Part shown: positions 53,493 to 61,487 of the stretch, in pieces
Layout of the letters: the number at the start of each line of letters is the position of its first letter
Position numbering within the stretch: the stretch's first letter is position 1
IMG/VR virus record: IMGVR_UViG_3300043411_000921
Location: 1-64,000 of that record
Length of the DNA stretch: 64,000 bases
Reading direction: 5' to 3' (one strand)
Notes under the pieces: model-generated
What the model was told of the DNA's origin: nothing
Databases searched by the model: none
Seen by the model: only the letters and a program-made list of their open reading frames with translations
Translations under genes and position numbers: made by a program

Positions 53493-54944
53493 CTAATCGT
53501 CTACCAGCCTCATGCCCTCTTCGGCTGGATCAAAGTTGATTGGAAGCTTTGTGCTGGAATTGTAGATTGCTTTGGCGAACCTGTTTGGCAGGTTATCAGA
53601 GTATGATCCAAACAAAATCCAACCTTTCATATCCACGCCTCGAAGATCGGCTCCAACAAACCTAGCTCCAACAAACCCAGCACTTCCTTCCGTTTCAATT
53701 CCTCTCATGTCAGCATTTGTGAAGTTGCAATTGGAGAATGAGCCGCCAGAAATCTTCGTGCCAACAAACTTGGCATTCTCAAAACTGGTGAAGGAACTCA
53801 ACGTGTCCATGAAAGAACAGTGACGAATTTCCGTGTTTGAGAAATCCGATTCGTTGTTGGTTGCTCGAACAAAGTTGCAATGAGCGAAATTTGCACCACG
53901 AGCTTTGGTCTGAAAAAGCTGCGAACCTTCAAAGAAACATTCATAACAACTCGCTCCAACAAGTTTGGCCTTTGAAAAGTTCGAATTGGTGAAAACGACA
54001 TTGCTAAGTTTTGCATTGATGAACTTGGCACTTCCGAGGCGTGAGAAAATCATCTTGGAGTTTTTGATGGTTGAATTGGTGAAGTTGGTTCCGAGCACCA
54101 TTGCATTCGTTAGTTGCAAGTCATCAATCACTTGGTTAGAGTAGTCATCGCCAGAAATGGCCGGTTGAGGTTTTGAAAAGAGTTTGTGGGCTGGGTAATA
54201 TGATCCCTCCATATCCTGCTTCTCAATCACATCAACAATTTCCAGCCGCGTTGTGTTGAAAAACACTGCTTGGTTTGGTTCGTTGGGGTGGATGATTCCA
54301 GCATCAACGTTATCAACCACTCCATCATATCCAAGCATCTTCCAGAGAATGTAAGACCATCGTGTTGTTGGGCCGCCGCCCTCTTTCCCTGGAGGCAGCG
54401 GATTCGTTACTTCTTCCCCATCTTCATCTTCTCCAACCTTCGTCCCAGACAGAATCCTTGTGAGATCCCAAATCTTTTTGCCCGGCGAATCAGAAATCCC
54501 CGACAAATCCCAGAAACTTTTTGGTTTCCCCATTGCCTCATCAATAACAGCCGGATCAAATCCAGCAGCCTTCAATTTTTCTCCGTCTTGCTTCAACTGC
54601 TCTTCTGTATACCTCGACAAATCCAAAAGCCTTGCTTCTGGTTTTGGTTTGAAGATGATCATGAAGGGTCTTTCAGCCGCGAAGGAACTGATTGATTCGT
54701 CGATGAGTGGATAGGCGTAGAAGCCAACAGGAGTGTTATACGAGTTTTTGAGATAGAGTCCCATCTTTGGGAACTTGGAGAAGTGGATGAACAGATTCAT
54801 GTCCACACGATTTTGTTGTTCGTATGCGATCAACCTCTCAGTCCACCTGGGAAGTCGTGACTTCGTTTCTCTTTTGAATCTGGTTGCCTCAAGAACGATT
54901 AGAGCTTTGAGAAGAGTTTGAAGGTTGTGTGGCTGGGAAGGCAT
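53493..54944 (-). CDS. Putative virion protein with C-terminal pentapeptide repeats
   Basis: TATTTA upstream; LLKALIVLEA; TPVGFYAYP, GYDGVVD..GIIHPNEP; ~170 aa pentapeptide repeats with FDP..GM cap. Confidence 0.8.
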   Translation of the reverse strand: MPSQPHNLQTLLKALIVLEATRFKRETKSRLPRWTERLIAYEQQNRVDMNLFIHFSKFPKMGLYLKNSYNTPVGFYAYPLIDESISSFAAERPFMIIFKPKPEARLLDLSRYTEEQLKQDGEKLKAAGFDPAVIDEAMGKPKSFWDLSGISDSPGKKIWDLTRILSGTKVGEDEDGEEVTNPLPPGKEGGGPTTRWSYILWKMLGYDGVVDNVDAGIIHPNEPNQAVFFNTTRLEIVDVIEKQDMEGSYYPAHKLFSKPQPAISGDDYSNQVIDDLQLTNAMVLGTNFTNSTIKNSKMIFSRLGSAKFINAKLSNVVFTNSNFSKAKLVGASCYECFFEGSQLFQTKARGANFAHCNFVRATNNESDFSNTEIRHCSFMDTLSSFTSFENAKFVGTKISGGSFSNCNFTNADMRGIETEGSAGFVGARFVGADLRGVDMKGWILFGSYSDNLPNRFAKAIYNSSTKLPINFDPAEEGMRLVDD

Positions 54945-54970
54945 TGTTGGTTGGAAGTAAATACCCGAAG

Positions 54971-55297
54971 TTACTGCTCGGCAAAAGACAAATCAACCTC
55001 CTCTAACCAACACGATCTTAACGAAGAAATGAACTGGTTTTCCATCCCAACCCTCAACAAATTCTTTTCATCTGCCATGAAACACCAACGAAAAATTTCA
55101 CCCGATCCCGAAATCAAAAACGACTGCAATGGACCAGTGTGATCCATCACTGTGGGCGGAATGCAAACCAAGAGATTCCTTTCCAAATCAAGCTCAAAGG
55201 CTTGGAAGAACCTTTTTCCTTTTATTTCAACACAGAGGCGATAAAGCTTTCCAACTTCGGGAAGATTGTGTGGTATTTCTTTTTCATTCAACATCAC
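54971..55297 (-). CDS. Array-family protein (recent duplicate of 55284..55604)
   Basis: HNLPEVGKLYRLCV; LDLERNLLV. Confidence 0.75.
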   Translation of the reverse strand: MMLNEKEIPHNLPEVGKLYRLCVEIKGKRFFQAFELDLERNLLVCIPPTVMDHTGPLQSFLISGSGEIFRWCFMADEKNLLRVGMENQFISSLRSCWLEEVDLSFAEQ

Positions 55298-55604
55298 AAA
55301 TCACCTCTTCCAACCAAGCGAGAAAATTCGACGAGTATAGCTGTGCTTTTACCGCCACCCTCAACAACATATCTTTATTTGACAAGTGGCACCAACGAAA
55401 AACCTCACCCGTACCCGAAACCAAAAACGACTGCACTGGTCCCATACCATCTCTTATTGTTGGTGGAATACCAACCAAGAGATTCCTTTCTAAATCAAGC
55501 CCATAGGCGCTGAAGGGCCTTTTTCCTCCTCTTTTAACACAGAGTCGATAAAGCTTTCCAACTTCGGGAAGATTGTGCAGTTGTTCATTGTCACTCAACA
55601 TCAC
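55284..55604 (-). CDS. Array-family protein
   Basis: HNLPEVGKLYRLCV; WLEEV. Confidence 0.75.
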   Translation of the reverse strand: MMLSDNEQLHNLPEVGKLYRLCVKRGGKRPFSAYGLDLERNLLVGIPPTIRDGMGPVQSFLVSGTGEVFRWCHLSNKDMLLRVAVKAQLYSSNFLAWLEEVICDVE

Positions 55605-55896
55605 AAACCACCTCCTCTAACCACATCAAATTATATTCTTTCGGACGCAAACCTAAACCAAACAAAACAACTGAATGGTGAGTACCACTCACTAGAAAAA
55701 AATCGTAGGGCTGGCGAATATGCTCTCTTTTTAGCTTTGGCAAGCAAAGTAAGAATGCTCCCTCGGGACAGAACTTAAACTCGCCTCCTCCATAAAGACT
55801 ATTTTGGCTTTTGAAAGCATTGAGCGTCAAGTGCTTAAGAGGAGAACCCATAAGACGATACAATTTTCCAGGGATTGGTCTGTGGCTCTCGTTCAC
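55591..55896 (-). CDS. Array-family protein
   Basis: PIPGKLYRL; FLLC; WLEEVVCDVE. Confidence 0.7.
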   Translation of the reverse strand: MNESHRPIPGKLYRLMGSPLKHLTLNAFKSQNSLYGGGEFKFCPEGAFLLCLPKLKREHIRQPYDFFLVSGTHHSVVLFGLGLRPKEYNLMWLEEVVCDVE

Positions 55897-56177
55897 TATT
55901 CTTCCTCCTCTTCCACTTTTTCAAGCCAAACAGTCAAGTCGGGGTTGTAAAGATGGTACCGCCCGACAACCCCAGGCTCAAAAGCAACAAGATTGGGGCA
56001 ACTCACTTGTTCACCACTCCCAGCAATCAAATACTCGCTGTTTCCAAGATAACAAACGGTTTTTCCATTCGCCATTTTCATTATAGTTGCGCGGGTGAAG
56101 CGATGGCTGGGCAGGCTGCGCACATGATAGAGATAGCCAATGACTGGGTTGCTTGCAAAAACTTCAGGTTGATTCAT
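55896..56177 (-). CDS. Array-family protein
   Basis: PVIGYLY; WLEKV. Confidence 0.7.
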   Translation of the reverse strand: MNQPEVFASNPVIGYLYHVRSLPSHRFTRATIMKMANGKTVCYLGNSEYLIAGSGEQVSCPNLVAFEPGVVGRYHLYNPDLTVWLEKVEEEEE

Positions 56178-56520
56178 AATCCACTTCCACTTCAACCAAC
56201 CAAACCCGTGCGCCTTCAGCATCTTCGTAAGTCTTGGGTTGATAACCTGCTGGAAGTACCTTCAAACGCCAAGTGAAGATTTCGCCCGAATCCGAACAAA
56301 CAAAGGTTGGCATAAGCCAATTTTCCTCCTCTGTTTTTCTCGGCTCAGTGCAAAGAAGAAAGGCTTTTTGATCATCAAAGATGAAATAATGCCCGAATCG
56401 TCGCGCTTTTGGGTGATAGGATTTGATTCGCTTGTCAATGTGTCTGTTGGCAAGACGATACAACTTTCCAGGAATAGGATCGGTTGCAACAACCTTGTTT
56501 TTCTCCTTATTCATCGTCAT
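56164..56520 (-). CDS. Array-family protein
   Basis: PIPGKLYRL; FLLC; SGEIFTW. Confidence 0.7.
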   Translation of the reverse strand: MTMNKEKNKVVATDPIPGKLYRLANRHIDKRIKSYHPKARRFGHYFIFDDQKAFLLCTEPRKTEEENWLMPTFVCSDSGEIFTWRLKVLPAGYQPKTYEDAEGARVWLVEVEVDYEST

Positions 56521-56803
56521 TCTCCACTTCTTCGAGGTAATCCACATAATTTTTTCTGGGCATTGCAACGGTGACACCACCCCAGTCAAACTTGTTACCG
56601 TAAGGGGTTATGAAAACAGGAATGAGATACCCACCATCATCTCTGATTTCACAACAAAGAATTGGGGTTGTTTTCCTGTCCAATGAAAAGGAATTGGTGT
56701 TGACATCAACCAGTGTCAAAACTGGTTGACTGTAAGGGTGTTTGATCTCCCGGAGCCAATACAGTTTTCCCGCTTCGGGATCTTTGTAGAGTGGTGTTGT
56801 CAT
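56507..56803 (-). CDS. Array-family protein
   Basis: PEAGKLY; FITPYG. Confidence 0.7.
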   Translation of the reverse strand: MTTPLYKDPEAGKLYWLREIKHPYSQPVLTLVDVNTNSFSLDRKTTPILCCEIRDDGGYLIPVFITPYGNKFDWGGVTVAMPRKNYVDYLEEVENDDE

Positions 56804-56820
56804 GTTGGGTGTTCCCGTTC

Positions 56821-57135
56821 CTACTCTGCTGTGAGAATGGGAGTGCTGTCAACCACAGAAGAATAAACCAGAATCTTTTTGCCTTCTGGTGTCAAGAGCA
56901 ACACCATTTTCTTGCCCCATAATTCGGGATGGTCAAGAACAACAAACAAGTCCGTTCTGTTAAAGAAAAATTGACTGGCTGAAAGATAGTCAATCGTAGA
57001 CATCTTTGGGTTGTCGGGATCAAAGGGCCGCCCACTCGCTCTTGCCCAAAACTCATCATCCAATTCTCCCACCAGCCGAACAAGCTGTCCGATCTCAGCC
57101 GGTTTCCTGTACGAGTTCTTTCTGAGAATTTGCAT
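56821..57135 (-). CDS. Array-family protein
   Basis: EIGQLV; LFVVL; LLTPEGK. Confidence 0.7.
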   Translation of the reverse strand: MQILRKNSYRKPAEIGQLVRLVGELDDEFWARASGRPFDPDNPKMSTIDYLSASQFFFNRTDLFVVLDHPELWGKKMVLLLTPEGKKILVYSSVVDSTPILTAE

Positions 57136-57460
57136 GGATCGTCCTTTCTTCATCAAGATCATCCGCGTTTACTAAAATCACACTTCCATCTGGAAAAAGC
57201 AAGGAAATGAAGTTGGTTCGGAATTTTTTTTTTGTTGGGTGGGTTTGAATGACAAGGAAGTAATCAAATGTGTGGCGCCCAACAACGGGGTCAATTCCTT
57301 CCCTGCTCGGCACTACGATCCACTTGTCGTTAACGTAATTGTAGATGCGGTAGTGACCCTTGTCACGATCTGAAAGTGTTGGAAGAATGCGGACTTCTCG
57401 TTCGTTGTGATTGCCCCATTCATCCTTGAAACAAACCAAGTCACCAACACGAATATTCAT
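57095..57460 (-). CDS. Array-family protein
   Basis: IRVGDLV; YFLVI; LLFPDG. Confidence 0.7.
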   Translation of the reverse strand: MNIRVGDLVCFKDEWGNHNEREVRILPTLSDRDKGHYRIYNYVNDKWIVVPSREGIDPVVGRHTFDYFLVIQTHPTKKKFRTNFISLLFPDGSVILVNADDLDEERTIHANSQKELVQETG

Positions 57461-57690
57461 AATATCGGATTCCTTTCTGCCAGAACGATCAAATCAGAAA
57501 AAACTGGAATTATCAATCCGTTTGGGGTTAGGAGATAAACCCGATGTGGGGGGGCGGTAGCAAGAACCAAAAACAAAGCACCCTTTGCGGAATAAGCCCA
57601 GTCATGTTTGACGTGACTCCAGAGTGCTATCTCAGGCTTTAACTTCACCAAATCACTGGGCTCAAACTCCATTTTCATCTTTTCTTTCAT
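57457..57690 (-). CDS. Array-family protein
   Basis: FEPSDLV; LFLVL; LLTPNG. Confidence 0.7.
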   Translation of the reverse strand: MKEKMKMEFEPSDLVKLKPEIALWSHVKHDWAYSAKGALFLVLATAPPHRVYLLTPNGLIIPVFSDLIVLAERNPIL

Positions 57691-57967
57691 TCATGGTGAT
57701 AGCGGTTTGCCAATCAAAGAGCGATGCTCTACATGAAACTTTGATTCCATCTGGTGATAGGAGCAAGACAAAACCAAACTCCTCATACTTCAACACAAGG
57801 AACCAAGAAACATATTTGGCTTTGAAAAAGCACAACCTTCGAGGCGCGTCAACTTCGTAAAGATGATTCCTCATTTCGCAATGAGTTGTTGGGGTGCTGT
57901 TAGAAATTCGATCTGGTCGCACCAGTGTTCCCGGTTTTACCTTTCCACCAAAGAAATCATCAGTCAT
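57662..57967 (-). CDS. Array-family protein
   Basis: VKPGTLV; WFLVL; LLSPDG. Confidence 0.7.
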   Translation of the reverse strand: MTDDFFGGKVKPGTLVRPDRISNSTPTTHCEMRNHLYEVDAPRRLCFFKAKYVSWFLVLKYEEFGFVLLLSPDGIKVSCRASLFDWQTAITMNERKDENGV

Positions 57968-58200
57968 GGTAATGGAGCTTTCTTAAAGTCTTCGCGGATT
58001 GATTTGACTATTCGACCATCAGGGCAAACCAAGATTACTCCTGGGAATGAGCGGCTGCCGCAAACGATTGTAACGAATTCGGCAACGAGAAACATTGAGT
58101 CTTCTGGATAAGAGCAGCCCTCGGTGTTGGGACGTTGATAGTCTATCAACAACGCAAGCTGAGGGTCCAGAATCGCCAAATCTCCCACTTTCAAGGTCAT
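57964..58200 (-). CDS. Array-family protein
   Basis: LKVGDLA; MFLV; LVCPDG. Confidence 0.7.
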   Translation of the reverse strand: MTLKVGDLAILDPQLALLIDYQRPNTEGCSYPEDSMFLVAEFVTIVCGSRSFPGVILVCPDGRIVKSIREDFKKAPLP

Positions 58201-58472
58201 TCAACAACCTTTGCTTTCCTGAACTTGTCAGTACGAACATGAATGACTTTACCCATTGGATCTACCAGTTCCAAATAACTCACATCTTGTTGCAAAATAT
58301 TGCACCAGCGATAAAAACACCTGCAAATGAGAAATTTTGAATCGTGACGATACACGCCGATTGGTTTTTCCATGTTGTAGATCGCGGTGATAAAAAACCT
58401 GCCCGGCCCAATATTTCGCGCTGCTTCAACCAAGTCCCCTGGATTGAGGATCGACGAATCCAAATTTCTCAT
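58197..58472 (-). CDS. Array-family protein
   Basis: LNPGDLV; KFLI; LVDPMGK. Confidence 0.7.
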   Translation of the reverse strand: MRNLDSSILNPGDLVEAARNIGPGRFFITAIYNMEKPIGVYRHDSKFLICRCFYRWCNILQQDVSYLELVDPMGKVIHVRTDKFRKAKVVE

Positions 58473-58750
58473 GTTGCAACCTTCCTGAAGAGGTGGGGCA
58501 AAGCCATTGAAGCTTTTCCGTCAGGACAAAGGATCTTGACAACCAACAAATCCTTAGTGGAAAAATCAGGATTTGAGACGAAAAAACAATCCAGGACAAG
58601 AAACAGGGAATTCATTGGATACGTTCGAGCGACATAATCAACAACCCTTCCTCCAGCACAATTCAGGTCGAGAAAGTAGAAGGATTTTTCACTTGGATTA
58701 AAGGTAATGGGCTCTAGCAAATCTTCAGGAAAAAATGGGATGGATGTCAT
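58469..58750 (-). CDS. Array-family protein
   Basis: FPEDLL; LFLVL; ILCPDGK. Confidence 0.7.
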   Translation of the reverse strand: MTSIPFFPEDLLEPITFNPSEKSFYFLDLNCAGGRVVDYVARTYPMNSLFLVLDCFFVSNPDFSTKDLLVVKILCPDGKASMALPHLFRKVAT

Positions 58751-59082
58751 GGTTCTTCTGAATCCTCGGGGGTCAATTTTACCGGAACTAGAAACTCTTG
58801 TTCTTCAACGGTGTATCTGTCAAGGATGCGGATTTTGCCTTCCGGGTCAACAACCTTCAACACTTCAACCGAACGAGCCCACAGAGCAGGTCTAACATCC
58901 ATAACCGACAAAACCAAGAACATGGAATCCTTTCGAGCAGTATAGAGCTTGTCCTCCTTCCAACAAAAGAAACTCATAAATCCAGAGTCAATTCCATTGT
59001 TTCGTGCATTCTCGGGGACTTGAGCCAAGTAGGGTTTGTCCAAAACCGTTTCTCTTATGATTTCTGCAAACTCATATTTCAT
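58747..59082 (-). CDS. Array-family protein
   Basis: MFLVL; VVDPEGK. Confidence 0.65.
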   Translation of the reverse strand: MKYEFAEIIRETVLDKPYLAQVPENARNNGIDSGFMSFFCWKEDKLYTARKDSMFLVLSVMDVRPALWARSVEVLKVVDPEGKIRILDRYTVEEQEFLVPVKLTPEDSEEP

Positions 59083-59726
59083 GGGATCACCACGATTTGA
59101 GGAACGCAAGCAGAATTGTAGAACTTCGTTCCAAACGCTTCTGCTGTCTCGCCACCGGAAGAATGAACATGACCAAACATGTGAACTTTGATGCTCGCAG
59201 CATTCGGATGGTAAGCGTAACATTGCCCGATGGTTGAGCAGCCCCATTCGCTTGCCAAAATTCCTTTTGGTGGAACATGGGTCACAAGCACATCGACATT
59301 TTCATGTTGAAACAGCTTCCTTGAAGCAACAGCAAGGTCATGTGGCTGCAACTCACCATTCCAATCTCCATAGATGTAAGGAATGAAGCTATGCCCAGTC
59401 CACCGCTTCCCACCAAACTCAGTTATTTTGTCCGGTGTTAGCAAATGAACTTCCCCAGCATATCCACACTCAGTCAGCATCTCAGCCAAACAAATGAAAT
59501 CGTGGTTGCCATTGACGACAATGACGGGACGACCAGCTAGATAACGACAGATGTTTTGCGAGTGCTTTGCAAACCAATCCCTTTGGAATTTTGGTTCAAT
59601 ATTCCAATTTCCTCTGATAAGGTTTGGGAAAAAATCACCTGACGACACCACAACGTCCACATCTTTGTCGATGAGGGCTAACGGGTGCAAATCAGCGTGA
59701 AGGTCAGATGCGTGGAAAATCTTCAT
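59079..59726 (-). CDS. Metallophosphoesterase (Icc/MPPED-like)
   Basis: SDLH, SGD, GNHD, THVPP, GHVH; promoter TTGACC-17-TAAGTT at 59743-59771. Confidence 0.88.
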   Translation of the reverse strand: MKIFHASDLHADLHPLALIDKDVDVVVSSGDFFPNLIRGNWNIEPKFQRDWFAKHSQNICRYLAGRPVIVVNGNHDFICLAEMLTECGYAGEVHLLTPDKITEFGGKRWTGHSFIPYIYGDWNGELQPHDLAVASRKLFQHENVDVLVTHVPPKGILASEWGCSTIGQCYAYHPNAASIKVHMFGHVHSSGGETAEAFGTKFYNSACVPQIVVIP

Positions 59727-59782
59727 GGTGTTACTATCCGGGAACTTACCACGTCCGCATCGCAAGGTCAAGAAAATTCTCA

Positions 59783-59880
59783 GACGGGCTCAGGATGCTT
59801 TATAGAGCCCGCAAATAATTTGATGGGTCGGAGGTCGTCCAAACAATTCAGACGCCTGGATGACCCCTTCTCGTGTCAAG
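59783..59880. repeat. Dispersed ~110-bp element, copy F
   Basis: CAGGATGCTTT ... CCTTCTCGTGTCA at +74, as in copy A. Confidence 0.65.
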
Positions 59881-59895
59881 AAAGAATAACAACAG

Positions 59896-60168
59896 GTGAA
59901 AAAGAACATGGTTAAACAACAATATGGCAGACAACAGCAACAGCAGTCCCGGAATGGTGTGATGGAGTGCCGGGATGTGTTTGTGGTTTTGGAAGGATCG
60001 AAGGTTGGAGGGATTTATCGGTATCGAGATGATGCCGATGCACACGCCGAAGTCGTTGGAGGAAAAGTCATCCTTCAACAAATCAAAGAGGAAACGCCCG
60101 GTTGGGTGTCAACAATGCTTGAGGCTGGAAGGGAGAAGGCTAGGATGCAGTCAGGAGGAGGAAGATAG
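59896..60168 (+). CDS. Hypothetical protein
   Basis: Plus-strand ORF filling the gap; start may be the internal ATG. Confidence 0.55.
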   Translation: MKKNMVKQQYGRQQQQQSRNGVMECRDVFVVLEGSKVGGIYRYRDDADAHAEVVGGKVILQQIKEETPGWVSTMLEAGREKARMQSGGGR

Positions 60169-60174
60169 TAGGGA

Positions 60175-60591
60175 TCAACCAACACCATCATAAACGATGA
60201 CGTTGGAATAGGCATTGCTTCCAGTAAAGTAAGGATCTGAGCTGCTGTAAGCAAAAGAGCTTGTAAGATTTGGAATGCTGGCTGTTGGAATGCCTGTGAG
60301 CCCAGCGGCAACAGAGAATGTGGAACCAGTAACCCACATCTTTTTCACACGAACTTCAAGTGTCAACGTCTGACCAGAAGGAACTGTGAACTTATTGTTT
60401 CCCAGAAGTCCATTGCTTGTGAAAGCGATTGTGGTCGCTCCTCCGGTTGCAGCAACAGTCACAAACTTGGTGACATAAGGGAAATTCAACTGAATTGGTT
60501 GTCCTGCTGCGGCTGTCGAAGAAGTGACGTATGGAATGCCTGAGATTTGATAGGCAGGCGTGTGATTGTATCCAGGGTCAGGATATTGCAT
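60175..60591 (-). CDS. Putative virion structural protein (beta-rich)
   Basis: AYQISGIPYVTSS, FPYVTKFVTV; TAGTTA upstream; Ser/Thr/Gly-rich. Confidence 0.65.
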   Translation of the reverse strand: MQYPDPGYNHTPAYQISGIPYVTSSTAAAGQPIQLNFPYVTKFVTVAATGGATTIAFTSNGLLGNNKFTVPSGQTLTLEVRVKKMWVTGSTFSVAAGLTGIPTASIPNLTSSFAYSSSDPYFTGSNAYSNVIVYDGVG

Positions 60592-60916
60592 TTTCGTTGT
60601 CTGTAACTACCTCAAACATCTCAGAAATGTTATCATTGGCCGACAACAAACCAATCTCTCCGCCAGGAAGAAGAAAACAAAAACTGCTATAATCTCTCCC
60701 CTTGAATTCCCCAAGGAAAACAACTGGCTGGCTGAATTTCAACGCTTTGGAACCAGTGATTTTAACCGGCTCCAGGCTTTGTGAGGTAATCCAAACGTGT
60801 GCAGTTTGTTGCACAGAAGTTGGGACACCTTTCTTTCTTCTGGATAGGATGGGATTTGTTTTCCATCTAACGAGAGATCCTAGTGGGAATGGAAGTCCTT
60901 GGTTGTCATTCATCAT
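60578..60916 (-). CDS. Array-family protein
   Basis: FPLGSLV; PVVFLG; LLPGGEIG. Confidence 0.7.
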   Translation of the reverse strand: MMNDNQGLPFPLGSLVRWKTNPILSRRKKGVPTSVQQTAHVWITSQSLEPVKITGSKALKFSQPVVFLGEFKGRDYSSFCFLLPGGEIGLLSANDNISEMFEVVTDNENAIS

Positions 60917-60992
60917 GTTGGTTTTATTCTACTTGAATTGAGGTGTCAAGGGGGTTCAATAACTATTCCTCGAAGGAACAGGTAAACCACAA

Positions 60993-61487
60993 ATGATCGA
61001 ACTAGACTTGGAAAGATGCTGTGAAGAGGTTGCTGGGCTATTCAACCACGACAAATACACACCACTCGCAATCTTCTTGGCTTGTACGGAGGCTTTGCAA
61101 ATAGTTCATCACTCTCACCATTGGCAGACTAACGGACCAGAAGCATATTCCGACCATCTTCTCTTCCAACGTCTCTACGAACAACTCCAAACAGAAATTG
61201 ATCTTGTTGGCGAGAAGCTTGTTGGTGTTTCTGCGAAGCCAGCACTGACAAATTACTTCGCAAGAATCAAAGTTTGGCAGAAGTTCTTCGACATGGTTTC
61301 AACAGGAAAACCATATCACGAAGTTAGCCTGGAAGCCGAGCAAGCATATCTCAAGATCACTCACTTTGTCATGGCAAAACTAAGCGAGGCTGATTGTTTG
61401 ACTTCTGGTCTTGAAAACATGCTTGCTGCTATCGCGGACAAACACGAAGAACACGTTTATCTTCTGAGACAAAGAGCAACACCGTGA
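60993..61487 (+). CDS. Dps/ferritin-like protein
   Basis: HHWQTNG..Y.DHLLFQRLYE..EID..GEK; HEEHVYLL. Confidence 0.8.
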   Translation: MIELDLERCCEEVAGLFNHDKYTPLAIFLACTEALQIVHHSHHWQTNGPEAYSDHLLFQRLYEQLQTEIDLVGEKLVGVSAKPALTNYFARIKVWQKFFDMVSTGKPYHEVSLEAEQAYLKITHFVMAKLSEADCLTSGLENMLAAIADKHEEHVYLLRQRATP

